The notes under the pieces: model-generated
Told to the model about the DNA's origin: nothing
The model's database searches: none
Seen by the model: the letters and a program-made list of their open reading frames with translations, nothing else
Made by a program: the position numbers and the translations under genes
Shown: positions 1 to 13,279 of the stretch, piece after piece
How positions within the stretch are numbered: position 1 is the stretch's first letter
Layout: each line of letters begins with the position of its first letter
Assembly: GCF_964213995.1 (NCBI RefSeq)
Contig: NC_135830.1
Span: 14,756,001-14,820,000, forward strand
DNA length: 64,000 nucleotides
Source: Mustelus asterias
Lineage: Eukaryota
Reading direction: 5' to 3'

Positions 1-353
1 GGACATGGACAGAGTGGATAGGGAGCATCTGTTCCCCTTAGTTGAAGGGTCAGTTACGAGGTGACACAAGTTAAAAGTGAGGGGTGGGAGGTTTTGGGGG
101 GATTTGAGGAAAAACCTTTTTACTCAGAGGGTGATGACGGTCTGGAATGCGCTGCCTGGGAGGGTGGTGGCAGTGGGATACGTCACATCCTTTAAAAAGA
201 ACCTGGATCAGTACATGGCACCTATAACATTCAAGGCTATGGGACAAGTGCTGCCAAGTGGGATTACGTGGGCAGGTAACGGCATTTCATGCGTGGGTGC
301 GGACTCGATGAGCTGAGGGGCCTTTTCTGCACTGTAGGATTCTGTGATTCTGT
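1..353 (+). mobile_element. CR1-clade LINE 3' fragment
   Basis: ORF2 C-terminal motif LFTQRVMTVWNALP and (ATTCTGTG)n 3' tail at ~339-353. Confidence 0.9.
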
Positions 354-524
354 GAAAGAGAGACAGATACAGTGAGGGACAGAAACAGTAAAATACAAAT
401 AAAGTGACATACACAGGGGCTGGGAAACAGTGGCTGGGAAAGAGGGCGGAGAATGAGTGAGATAGAAAGAATAAGGCAGCAAGAAGGAGCCAAAAGAAAG
501 GATCAGAAACAGAGAGACACTGAG

Positions 525-825
525 TGACACAGAGACAGCACATTCCAAACCCACAACCACTACCTTCCAGGACAAGAGCAGCAGATGCTGGGAAAACCAC
601 TTTGTGGAGGTTCCCCTCCAGGTCACTCACCAATCCGACTTGAAAATATATTGCTGTTCCTTCATTGTTGTTGGGATAAAATCGGGGAACTCCCGCCATA
701 TGGTGTGTCGACACCTCAAGGACTGCCGCAGTTTAAGAAGGCAGCTCACCACCACCTTCTCAATGGCAGTAGGGATAAATCCTGGTGTAGCCAGCGATGC
801 CACATCCGATAAACAAATAAATAAA
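525..825 (+). mobile_element. Old CR1/L2-clade LINE 3' end (family recurring in this window)
   Basis: Homologous to 12960-13250, 23440-23560, 25580-25870 and 44900-45030; encodes FKKAAHHHLL-like C-terminus; A-rich end. Confidence 0.65.
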
Positions 826-2174
826 GAACTCTTCTCCCAGGCAAATGGATTCTTTCTGTATTTCTAAACAGCTGATTATGGTTTCCGGGGCCACTGGTAT
901 CGCAGCAAGTCATCTCGAAGTTTGTACAAATTCAAAAACTTTTCTGCAGATATCAGACATCACAACATGATGACAATTGGAACTAAAGACTTTAGCTTTC
1001 AAAGACTTGGCCTTCATCATTCAGCAAATGCTTGAACACAGGAGATATGGAAATTACCTCTGAAGTGATTGTTTCTGTCTCTGATTAAAAAACGGAACTG
1101 AAAATCAGCAAGCTTGGGTATCATTGTTTCTGACATTGGAATTGATAAAATATATTGAAATGAGCTGCTATTTCAAAGCATTCAAGTAGAAACAAAAACT
1201 AATTTTAAAAAAAGATCAGGGTTCCCGGGTATCAAGAAGAGTTCTTTGAGGAGAAGTAAATTGAACAGGAACAAAACCAATGAGCTCAACAACAAATCTG
1301 GAATTGATTTGAAATTTCTGACACTTTATAATGGGTTAAAGTGAAAAACAAATAAAATATATTAATCTCTGGATTTAACTGGTAATGTTTGAATCTGTTT
1401 TACAGATATTATGAGAGTATTGAATTGGACAGTTGTTTCTCCAAGGCTGATCAGTGAGTTCAGATAGTAATTGAGATCTGTCTGCTTGAATGAGAAAAGG
1501 GGCTGAGGATGGTGGAACATCACAGTCGCCAATGGGAATTGGAATAACTCACCCTGGGTGTAGTTTAATGTAACAGTTCAATCTGGTGTTGATGGAGATT
1601 CTAGTGAAAGAAAGGTGCAAATTAGACTCATATATTGACGGCTTCTCTCGGATATATTTGTATCTTTCCCTTTCAACATTTATTTTTAAAGAAAACTGCA
1701 TTTGTTAGTCCAGCTGCAAACAAATTCATCAGGACAATGCATGTAAGATGTGGAGACTGACACCATTTGATTTTCTGACAGGATCACCTGAATGGCTAGG
1801 GATGGCTTGTATTGGATGGAGCATGTGACATGATGTTAGAATGCCAGTGTGAGTGTGCAGATATGATTCATTACTTGGAGAGTAACTAACATGCAGAAGT
1901 GCTTGGTGAACCGCTCCTGAAGGACAGGCCCCAGACTTGCTCAGCTACTGGACAACAGATTATGCAGCGGTTAACGGGGGCTAGAAGAGTATATCACTTT
2001 TTGCAAGTCAATTAGACATGCTCCATAAAAAAGTGGATTTGAAACTATTAAGATAGTGGTCCGACGGAGTGAAATGAAAGTAAAAGGGATTTGGATTGGG
2101 ACAATTGAAGGAATTCTTAATAAGAATTATACACAAGATGGATACAGGAGAAGGGAGAGCTGGAGAATATTTTA

Positions 2175-2779
2175 AGCACAGTAAGAAGTCTCACAACACC
2201 AGGTTAAAGTCCAACAGGTTTATTTGGTAGCAAATACCATAAGCTTTCGGAGCACTGCTCCTTCGTCAGATGGAGTGGATATCTGTTCTCAAACAGTGCA
2301 AACAGACACAGAAATCAAATTACAGAATACTGATTAGAATGCAAATCTCTACAGTCTGCCAGGTCTTAAATGTACAGACAATGTGGGTGGAGGGAGCATT
2401 CAACACAGGTTAAAGAGATGTGTATTGTCTCCAGACAGAACAGCTAGTGAAATTCTGCAAGTCCAGGAGGCAAGCTGTGGGAGTTACTGATAATGTGACA
2501 TAAATCCAACATCCCGGTTCAGGCCGTCCTCATGTGTGCAGAACTTGGCTTTCAGTTTCTGCTCAGCGACTCTGCGCTGTCGTGTGTCGTGAAGGCCGCC
2601 TTGGAGAACGCTTACCTGAAGATCCAAGGCTGAATGCCCGTGACTGCTGAAGTGCTCCCCCACAGGAAGAGAACAGTCTTGCCTGGTGATTGTCGAGCGT
2701 TGTTCATTCATCCGTTGTCCTAGTGTCTGCATGGTTTCCCCAGCGTACTATGCCTCGGGACATCCTTTCTTGCAGCGTA
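2175..2779 (-). mobile_element. Penelope-like element 3' part (GIY-YIG endonuclease C-terminus plus pLTR)
   Basis: ORF 2484..2732 (TLGQRMNEQRSTI...LPVGEHFSSHGHS...GLNRDVGFMSHY) resembles PLE GIY-YIG C-terminus; close copy at 48538-49058 (+). Confidence 0.85.
2237..2273 (-). ncRNA. Minimal type I hammerhead ribozyme motif in Penelope pLTR
   Basis: Minus strand CCAU-CUGACGA-A-GGAGC-AGU-GCUCC-GAAA-GC-UU-AUGG: intact CUGANGA/GAAA core, stems I and II pair, palindromic AGCU at stem III. Confidence 0.75.
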
Positions 2780-3139
2780 CTTTAAGCCCATGCATGATCT
2801 GTTGTTTCCATTTAACATTTTTTAAAAATTCATTCCTGGGACCTGGGCGTCGCTGGCTGGCCAGCATCTATTGCCCATCAATCGTTGCCCTTGAGAAGGT
2901 GGTGGTGATCTGCCTTCTTGAATCGCTGCAGTCCATGTTTAGCAAACACTCACTACAAAAGGATAATGAATATCATTGAAAGGTGGGGAGCACAATCCAC
3001 ATCAATCACCTTTTCCAAATATATTCCTGTACCTCGTGGTGCACTAAGACAGGCGTTTGTCTGTTCCCAGAGCTAGTTCTTTCAGGAATAGGTCGCTCGC
3101 CTGTTTCCAGGGCATTGTAACTTGAGATACATCACACCG

Positions 3140-3305
3140 CAACAACGGAACCATCACAGCTTTGGAGTCTGGGAGGAAACTCAGCACCGAAAGGAAACCC
3201 ACACAGGCACAGGGAGAACATACAAACTCCAGGCAGACAGTCACCCAAGGCCGGAATTGAACTCGGGTCCCTGGCACAGTAAGGCAGCAGTGCTAACCAC
3301 TGTGA
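3140..3305 (-). mobile_element. HE1-type tRNA-derived V-SINE, 5' half
   Basis: A-box/B-box head (ACAGTGGTTAGCACTGC...CCGAGTTCAATTCCGG) on minus strand, homologous to the other SINE copies. Confidence 0.8.
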
Positions 3306-3354
3306 CACATTCGTTAATAGTTTCCCAGAGGTCAGAGTCCTCATTGATTTGAGG

Positions 3355-4560
3355 CCATAAGACCATAAGATATAGGAGCAGAATTAGGCCATTTGGCCCA
3401 TCGAGTCTGCTCCACCATTCAATCATGATATGATTCTCATCCCTATTCCCCTGCCTTGTCTCCGTAACCCAAGATTGCTTTCTTGATCGAGAACCTATCT
3501 AACTCTGCCTTAAAGACATTCAATGACTTAGCTTTCACAGCCCTCTGTGGCAATGAGTTCTATAGATTCACCACCCTCTGGCTGAAGAAATTCCTCCTCA
3601 TCTCATAGAATCCCTACAGTACAGAAGGAGGCTATTCAGCACATCGAATCTATATCGACCACAATCCCACCCAGGACGATTCCCGCCAACCTACACATTT
3701 ACCCTACTAATCCCCCTGACACTAGGGTCAATTTTAGCATAGCCAATCAACTTAACCTGCACATCGATGGACTGTGGGGAGAAACCAGAGCACCCGGAGG
3801 CAACCCACGCAGACATGGGGAGTAAGTGCAAACTCCATACAGACAATGAGTGACTTGAGGCCAGAAGTCAACCCAGATCCCTTGGTGCTGCGAGGCAGCA
3901 GTGCTAATCACTGTGCTGCCTCAGTTACAAAGGATCGATCGTTCACTCTGAGGTTGTGCCCTCGAGTTCTAATCTCTCCCACTAGTGGAAACATCCTCTC
4001 CACATCCACTCTATCTGGCCTCTCAGTATTCTGTAAATTTCAAATAGATCCCCCCTCATCTTTCTGAACTCCATCGAGTATAGACCTAGACTCATCAACC
4101 ACTCCTCATATGACAAACCCTTCCTTCCTGGGATCATTCTTGTGAACCTCCTCTGGACCACCTCCAAGGCCAGCACATCCTTCCTTTGGTATGGAGTCCA
4201 AAACTGCTCACTATACTCCAAATGGGGTCTGAGCAGAGTTTTATACAGCCTCAGAAGTACATCCCTGCTCATATAGTCTACCCCTCTAAAAATGAAAGTT
4301 GACATTGAATTTGCCTTCCGAATGTCCAACTGAACCTGCACGTTAACGTTGAGAGTCCTGAACCAAAACTCCCAGGACCCTTTTTGCTTCAGATTTCCAA
4401 GACCTTTGCACATTTAGAAAATAGTCTACGCTTGCATTCTTCCTACCATAGTGCATAACCTCACACTTTCCCACTTAGAATTCCATCTGCCACTTCTTTG
4501 ACAACTGTCCTAACCTGTCCAAGTTCTTCTGCAGTCTCCCCACTTCCTCAACACTACCTG
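3355..4560 (-). mobile_element. CR1 LINE 3' fragment interrupted by a SINE
   Basis: ORF 3982..4413 RPHLEY...LEVVQRRFTRMIPG; (TCTTATGG)n tail at ~3355-3370. Confidence 0.9.
3605..3920 (-). mobile_element. HE1-type SINE nested in CR1
   Basis: Full SINE head-to-tail homology with 5907-6220 and 17130-17455; CR1 resumes on both sides. Confidence 0.85.
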
Positions 4561-4625
4561 TTCTTCTCCAAACTGTAACCTCTTATTTATTGTTCCCCTC
4601 CCCCATCCTCTGAAGTGAACCATCC

Positions 4626-4941
4626 TCCAGTGGATGTGCCAGGATGGGGCCGTAAACTTGGGCCTGTCCCGGGAGGGAGAATGCCCGCAGCTGCAAAGGG
4701 AGTTGACAATGATCCTGAAGGTTTTGCAGATCCGCAAAATGTTTCCAAATCCTCACATTTCTAGCCCCGCCCCCTCTTCCTATTGGTTCGGAGATGCCGT
4801 CAATCAGTCCCTGGGCACTGTGACGTGGAACAAATCCTTCAGAATCATTGTCGGCTCCCTGGTTTGCAGCTGCGGGGCTTCTCCCTCCCTCCCTCCCGGG
4901 AACAGGCCCAGGTTAACGGCCCCATCCGGGTTTTCAGCTGG
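4626..4941. repeat. Imperfect inverted repeat, ~105-bp arms around a ~100-bp promoter-like spacer
   Basis: Reverse complement of 4626-4730 aligns to 4828-4941; opposite-strand ORFs share KxFRIIVxSL...CSCG...RPxxTAPS; spacer has GC box 4764-4774, ATTGG 4782-4786, TGACGT 4821-4826. Confidence 0.85.
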
Positions 4942-5149
4942 AGCATGTGCAAGCCCTGGAGACAGACGGCAAGGAGCTTAAGCGAGAGGGTTTTAAATGG
5001 AGATTTTTACCAAGACCCAGTACGGATGCAGAGCCCGAAGTAGAACCGGAAACAGATATTGAGCCGGTTGGTGGGTTCTGAGGCTTCATAAACAAGCGGT
5101 ATATCGAGGACAAACAAAATCCTCGGGCCTTCAGGCCCGAGTTCACATC

Positions 5150-5250
5150 CGACATCTTGAAAGAAGGCAGTGAGTGCCAAGGCGCATGCGTGTGTGTCAA
5201 TGTATGGGGTAGTAAGCTGCAGGGCGCATGCGTGTCCGCCATCTTGCAAT
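5150..5250. promoter_or_regulatory. Housekeeping-type promoter motifs (2x NRF1, YY1)
   Basis: GCGCATGCG at ~5182 and ~5224; CGCCATCTTG (YY1 AAGATGGCG) at ~5237, in a locally CpG-rich stretch upstream of the zinc-finger exon. Confidence 0.55.
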
Positions 5251-5906
5251 TGGGCAAATCCGAATGAATAATCCACAGAAGACAAAATATTGGAGATAGA
5301 ATTTGTCGTGAAATCAATGCATTGTTGAAAGAGGACTCCAGGGTTACAGTCAGCAGCAACTTGTATTTATATAACACCTTTAACATCACCAGTCCCAGTG
5401 CATTTCACAGGAACATTATAAAACAAAGTGAGAAAGCCAGACGCATCAGGACTTTTTCAAACAAGTGATCTGAAGCTTGGGAAAAGTGGTTTATTTTAAG
5501 GAGTGTCTTAAATCGTAGGCAGATAGTACAAAACCTAAGTATTGCTGAAAAAAGAGGCATGGTGTTAAAGCTTTTCATATTGCTCTCATCAAGATTCCAA
5601 AGGGAACAACAATTTATACTGTGTAAGCAAAGGACAACCATTGGTTTGCCAGTCAGCTCTGATTAGTCTAGCCATTGCTATGTAGAACAAGTGACGGAGC
5701 TGTCAACCGCCCCCCCCCCCCCCCCGCCCAACCCCCATCCACCGATGCTCCCCCAGGCTTTTCCTTTGACCTGCAGAGGACAGGTTCTTGTCCATGAATA
5801 TATGTCGCCTGAGTGATATTTTGAAATTTGGAATTCTGGAATCTGTTCTGATGACTACAAGGACAGCATGCCCTTTTTACAGCAATATATATATATATAT
5901 ATATAT

Positions 5907-6220
5907 TAAGTCCTACAGTGCAGAAGGAGGCCATTCGCAACATCGAGTCTGCACCAACCACAATTCCACCCAGGCCCTATCCCCATAACCATGTATTTAT
6001 CCCAGCTAGTCCTCTTGACACTAAGGGACAATTTAGCAGAGCCAATCCACCTAACCCGCACATCTTTGGACTGTGGGGGGAGACCGAATCTCCTGGAGGA
6101 AACCCACGCAGACACGGGGGAGAACGTGCAAATTCCACACAGACAGCGACCCAAGCCGGAAATCAAATGCAGGCCCCTGGCGCTGTGAAGCAGCAGTGCT
6201 AACCACTGGGCCACCGTGTC
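5907..6220 (-). mobile_element. HE1-type V-SINE
   Basis: tRNA-like head, central GTGTCTGCGTGGGTTTCCTCC domain, CR1-like tail; preceded by (TA)n 5886-5906. Confidence 0.9.
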
Positions 6221-6637
6221 ACAGTTTAAAGCAGCAAAGGGAGGGAGACAGATGGAGAAATTCGGGAGAGAATTTCAGACCTTGGAGCCGGGGAAATTGA
6301 CGGCCTGGTAACTAATGGTCGAGCGATTAAAGTACAGAATGCTCAAGAAGCGAGTATTAGAGCAGTGCAGATACATCAGAGCATTATGAAGCAAAAGGGG
6401 ATTTGAGAGATAGGGAGGAACGAGGCCTTGAACTGATTTATACAATTTGGTCAAAAGGATACTGAAAACATAAGCAGCACATTATTTGAATTTCAGCCCA
6501 GAGGGAAGGGAGATCATGTGGGGCAGAGATTTACAGATTTGGGGGAACAAGAGAAGAAAACATGTTCTGGATATTAGAATTGTCTGTTTTGAATTTCTGT
6601 CCTGAACTGACAGTAATTTTGTTAACTTCTTTTGTAG

Positions 6638-7610
<973 letters not shown>

Positions 7611-7829
7611 AGTGGATTCTGCTGTAGCTGCTGCTGTTAATCACAGCCAGGTGTGAGCCACATTCATTCTGACATTTGGGGCCTGTTTTTGCTGATGTTA
7701 ACAACCCCTGTAACTGGGCTGGAGTTTAATATTCTGGATCTTCAGCTGATTGTGGTCTTGGGTTTGCAGTGTCCATTTATGAGCCGTTGTCTGTAATCTT
7801 TCCCCATCATTCTGGAACTCTCATCACAG

Positions 7830-8180
7830 AATCTTTCCAGTGCAGAACGAAGCCATTCAGGCCACCGAGTCTTCACGGGGTCTCTGGCAGAGCCTTACCC
7901 CAGTAACCTTGCATATTCTTTTCAGATAACAATCCAATTGTCTTTTGAGTACCTTGATCGAAGCCGCCTCCATCGCCGTCTCAGAAGTTTATTCCAGACT
8001 CCAACCACATTCAACCTGAAAAGATTTTTCCTCATATCACTTCTGCTCTGTTTTCCCCATTGATGTAAATCTATGCCGTCTAGCTCTTGATGTTCTCCTG
8101 GTGGGAACATTTGCTCACTATTTCACCTGCCCATACCCCTCAGAATCTTGAATACCTCTATCAATCTCCTCTCAATCATC
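7830..8180 (-). mobile_element. Decayed CR1 3' fragment
   Basis: ORF 7922..8110 RKNLFRLNVVGVWNKL motif. Confidence 0.75.
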
Positions 8181-8819
8181 TTCATTCAACAATTAACTTT
8201 TATTTCTTACGATGTAATTAATCTATGTTACTGGGCGGGAGTTTAATATCTTGATGTCTGTTTAATGAATCAGCTTTGTTTCAAATGCACGGTGTTTCAA
8301 GTCCGAGATTCCTTCAGGAGAAGAGGAGATTAATTGATGTCCTGTTACCAACTGTTCTAATATTGGATCCTTTCTTCTTTCTAACTCAAATGATTTTAGT
8401 CTCAGACCTTCAGTTGCTCGCATGGACAAGTCTCAACTCCCCATACCTTCCAGAAGGTCTCTCCCAGCCTTAAGTTCCAGGGAGGTTTCAGTATTAAAAA
8501 TAGAAAATGATGAAAATAATAATCCATACTTTTCCAAGTACCAGTTGATTGCATCCCAGATTATTGGTTTCATTTTTCCCCACAGCTGATGTTAAGCTGA
8601 TTGTTCGGCAATTGTTGTGCTTTTGAACAGGGATGTAATATTTACAATCTCTCTGTCCTTTGGCGACACTGCTCGACAAGGAGGATTGGAAGGGTGGGGC
8701 CAGAGCCTCCACAAGCTCCATGTGAAGGACAGTGTGTGTCAGAGTGCAGCGGTCCCTCAATGTCAGACTGGGGTCTCAGCGAAGATAATGTGCTCAGTTT
8801 GACGAATATTTCTTGTTGT

Positions 8820-10305
8820 TATTGAACAAAGAACGTTATAGCACAGGAACGGGCCCTTCAGCCCTCTAAGCCTGTACTGACCACACTGCCCGACTGAACT
8901 AAAACCCCTAACCCTTCCGGGGACCATATCCCTCTATTCCCATCCTATTCGTGTATTTGTCATTACACACCTGAAATGTCACTATCGTATCTGCTACTAC
9001 TACCTTCCCCAGCAGCGAGTTCCAGGCACCCACCACCCTTTCGTTAAAAAAAACTTGCCTCGTACATCTCCTCTGAACCTTGCTCCCCACGCATTAAACC
9101 TATGCCCCCTAATAATTGACTCTTCCACCCTGGGAAAAAGCTTCTGACTATCCACTCTGTCCATGCCTCTCTTGATCTTGTAGACGACTATCAGGTCGCC
9201 CCTCAGCCTCCGTCGTTCCTTTGAGAGCAAACAAAGTTTTCCCAACCCCTCCTCATAGCTAATGCCCTACATACCAGGCAACATCCTGGTGAATCTTTTC
9301 TGTACGCTCTCCAAAGCCTCCACATCCTTGTGGTCATGCGGCGACCAGAATTGAACACTATATCCCAAGTGCAGCCGGAGAAAGTTGCTATAAAACTGCA
9401 ACTTGACTTGCCAATTTTTAAACTTAATGCCCCGGCCAATGAAGGCAAGCATACCGTATTCCTTTCATGACTACCTTCTCCACCTGCGTTGCCACTTTCA
9501 GTGACTTGTGTACCTGTACACCCAGACCCCTCTGCCTATCAATAGCTTAAGGGTTCTGCCATTTACTGTATATTTCCCCGGCTGTATTAGACCTTCCAAA
9601 ATGCATTACCTCATACTTGTCCGGAATAAACTCCATCTGCTTTCCCTCCACCCGAGTCTCCAACCGATCTATATCCTGAGGTATCCTCTGACGGTCCTCA
9701 TCACTCCACTTTTACAACCGCCAATACCTCCAATAACTCGTCACTCCTTATGGTAATTTTCCGAGAGCCTCACAGTCTCTCTCCACGAGTTCTATAGCTA
9801 CCTCCTCCTCATGGGTGAAGACAGATGTGAAATATTCATGTACACCCTACCAATGTCCTCTGCCTCTCCCCACAGACTTCCCCCTTGTTCCATAATGGGC
9901 CCTATTCTTTCCCTGGTTATCCACTTCCCATTGATATACTTTTAGAACATTTTAGGATTCTCCCGACATTTAACACCAGAGCTTTCTCATGTCCCCTCTT
10001 TGCTCTCCTAATTGATTTCGTAAGCTCCATCCTGCACTTTTGTGCTCCATTAATGCCTCCACAGACTTACTCTCCTTATGCTTGTTAAAAACCTGTCTTT
10101 TCCTTCTCATTGTATCCTGAATTTCTCTGATCATCCATGATTCTCTGAGTTTGTTATAGCTTACTATTAGCCGAGAGGGAACATGTTGGGCCTGTGCCCT
10201 CCCCATTTCATCTCTGAATACCCCCCATTGCTCTTCGTTAGATTTCCCCACAACTAACACGTTCCAGTCTTCCGTGGCCATATCCTGCCTAATTTTGTGA
10301 AACAT
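8820..10305 (-). mobile_element. CR1 LINE fragments (3' end 8820-9700; internal ORF2 part 9735-10305)
   Basis: ORFs 8908..9452 (LAFIGRGIKFK, SVQFWSP, VQKRFTRMLPG) and 9970..10305 (linker region homologous to the intact ORF2 at 56473-59292). Confidence 0.9.
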
Positions 10306-10317
10306 TTATTGACTAAG

Positions 10318-10690
10318 TGGCTAAATCCCATTTTGTCTTTTCATATTAACGCTACTCTGTCCCACACAGTATTTGGCAGCAATCCAGCTTGCTACCAAAC
10401 GCCTACATTTATATACAGGAAGCATCTGGTGGTGTTAGTTCAGTAAGTCAAAGGCCTGTTTCCTCAGTACTGACCGCTTGGCTGCAAGCCAAATTCAAGC
10501 ACTCAACATTGTCGACGGGGCCTATTTATAAATAAATCTACCCAGCAACAGTACTGGAATAAATTTATCTTTTAAAGTTGTAAACCTATGTGAAATATTG
10601 CCATCTCTCAGGAAAGGAAAATTATCCAGCTTCCCTGTTAGCAAAAATGATGATTTTTCCAACACATCAGGATATTGTAATGGATGGATC
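10318..10690 (-). pseudogene. Unidentified pseudo-exon (copy A)
   Basis: Frame with three internal stops: KLDNFPFLRDGNISHRFTT...AFDLLN*HHQMLPVYKCRRLVASWIAAKYCVGQ; peptide blocks conserved in copy B. Confidence 0.35.
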
Positions 10691-11129
10691 CAAAAAAATA
10701 TAGACAGACTGTGAGAGATGATTCAGAGAGAGGATATATGTTGTAATACATAAACATGTATGTTTGTGTTTACTTTCCCTTTATCCTCCCAGGGAGATGG
10801 AAATTGGTGGAAAGTCCAGCATTTTTTGCCTGTCCTCAGTTCCCTTAGACTGAATGGTTCAGAGAAGACATAGAAGGGTCATCCATACTGCCGACCGCCT
10901 GGAATCATCTCCAGGTGAAACCACGTAAGGATTGCAGATTTCCTTCCATGGTGAATCAGAGAGGTTTGCTTGGTCGTCTTTACTTCGCATTCCAGATTTA
11001 TTAATTGAATTAAAATTCCACCACTTACAATGGTTGGATTTAAACTCATCCTGGGCCTCTGCCACTGCAGGATCTGCCTCTCTAGACCTGTTAAATCCAG
11101 TCGTGAATAGCGGTGGACAATTGAACAAA

Positions 11130-13250
11130 TAACAGCTGCAGGAGGTTCAAGAAAAGTAACCGCCCTGAATGATGGCAGTCCGGCACATCAGAGCAAAAAA
11201 CAAGACTGAACCATTTGCTACAACCTTTAGCCACAACTGCCAAGAGGATGATCCATGTCGGCTTCCTCAAGGTGGCTCATGCTGAGTGCATTGGATACTG
11301 AAAAGCTAATTGGCCCTGACAATATTTCAGCACTAATAATTAAGATTTCTTCTCTGGAACATGCTGCGTCCCAGCCAATATGTTCAAGTGCAGTTGCAAT
11401 ACTGACAGTTGCTCAACTATGTGAAAAATTGGCAGACATGCCCTGGTGCAAAAACAAGGGCAAATACAACCCGGCCAATTATTGCCCAATCTGTCCTCAC
11501 TCGATCACCACATTGAAAACTTTCAAGGATGATCCTATCAAATGGCTTTGACTCAGCAATAACCTGCTCAAAGATTTGGGTCCCGCCAGGAGCACTCAGT
11601 TCCAGAATGATTTAAAACCAGTCCAAATATAGATAGAATATGTAAATTAAAGAGCTTTAAATTAAGGGTGTTTGGCCTCGATATTGCAGCAGCAATTGAC
11701 CGTTTGTGGTTTTAAGGAGCCCGAGCAAAATGGGAAACGGGAAAAACAGTCCACTGACTGGAGTAATACTGAGCACAAAGGATGATAGTTTAAGCTGTTG
11801 AAGGCCAATCATCTGAGTCACAGGGCAGTGCTGCAGGAGTTCCTCACGATAATAACCTCGCTCCAAGCCTCAGCCTTCGACAGAGTTCAGAAGTGGGATG
11901 TTCACTGATAATTTCAGAAAATTCAGCACCAGTTGCGGGATTCCCCAGATACTGAAACAGTCTGTGTCTATTTGCAGTAAGACTGAGAAAAGGTTCAGTC
12001 TTGGGCTAATGAGCGGCAAGTAACATTGAATTCCAACCATCTTATCTTGATATTGAATGGTATTACACATTGCTCAGTTCCTCAGAACCAAGATCCTGGG
12101 AATTATAATTCATAATAAACTGAACTGAGACTGACACTTAAATAATGTTGCTCCATGAACAAATCAGAGGATCGGAGTTCTGCGGTGAACAACTCACCTC
12201 CTGAATTTCCAAACCCTATCCATCATCCACAAGGCAAAAGTCTCGACTTGTCTAACTTGTGCCACTCAAAACGCTCCACACCATCTAGGAAAAAGTATCT
12301 GTCTCGATGAACATCCCGCTCACCACTTTAAACTTAACTCCCTGCATCACAGATGCACAATTGTAGCATTGTGAACCATGAGCAAATGTACAGCAGCAAA
12401 TCATTCCACAACTTGGAATACTGCATTTGGAATACTGCGTCCAGTTCTGGTCGCCACACTACCAGAAAGACGTGGAGGCTTTGGAGAGAGTACAGAGGAG
12501 GTTTACCAGGATGTTGCCTGGTATGGAGGGGCTTAGTTATGAGGAGAGATTGGGTAAACTGGGGTTGTTCTCCCTGGAAAGACGGAGGATGAGGGGAGAC
12601 TTAATAGAGGTGTATAAAATTATGAAAGGCACAGATAGGGTGAACGGTGGGAAGCTTTTTCCCAGGTCGGTGGTGACGTTCACGAGGGGTCATAGGTTCA
12701 CGGTGAAGCGGGGGAGGTTTAACACAGATATCAGAAGGACATATTTTACACAGAGCGTGGTGGGGGCCTGGGATGCGCTGCCAGGCAAGGTGGTGGAGGC
12801 GGACACACTGGGAACGTTTAAGACTTATCTGGACAGCGATATGAACGGAGTGGGAATGGAGGGATACAAAAGAATGGTCCAGTTTGGACCAGGGAGTGGC
12901 GCGGGCTTGGAGGGCCGAAGGGCCTGTTCCTGTGCTGTATTGTTCTTTGTTCTTTGTAACTACCAAACCCATTACTTCTGACACTTAAGAGGACAAGAGT
13001 AGCAGGTGCGTGAGAATACAATTACCTGCAAGTGCCGATAAGATCCACGCACCATCTTGACTGGGAACTATATCACTAATCTTCCACTGTCATTGGATCA
13101 AAAGTTTGAAACTCCCTCCAATTAGCACTGTGGGTTTACTTACTCAATATCGAATTCAATGGTTCAAGAACAAGGCTGGCCACCACATTCTCAAAGGAGT
13201 ATAAGGTTTCGCTGACTTTACCAGGAACCACAAAATCCCATTAAATAATC
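11130..13250 (+). mobile_element. Old CR1/L2-clade LINE, interrupted by a young CR1
   Basis: LDTEKLIGPDNIS and NPANYCPI RT-proximal motifs (ORF 11255..11551); homologous to 24700-25870. Confidence 0.7.
12420..12957 (+). mobile_element. Young CR1 3' fragment
   Basis: Open ORF 12427..; (TTCTTTG)n tail; near-identical to 46913-47450. Confidence 0.95.
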
Positions 13251-13279
13251 TAAAACATTTTTGTCCTCTTATTTTCAAC

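Noticed and set aside
208-714. 168-aa hydrophobic minus-strand ORF
   Set aside because: Spans antisense LINE ends and a GA-rich low-complexity tract
871-1350. Possible terminal exon after a strong acceptor (TTTCTAAACAG)
   Set aside because: All frames interrupted; no identifiable product
10318-10690. Assignment of the pseudo-exon to the LEG1 family
   Set aside because: Only a loose pattern match at the C-terminus; neighbouring exon-like blocks do not resemble LEG1
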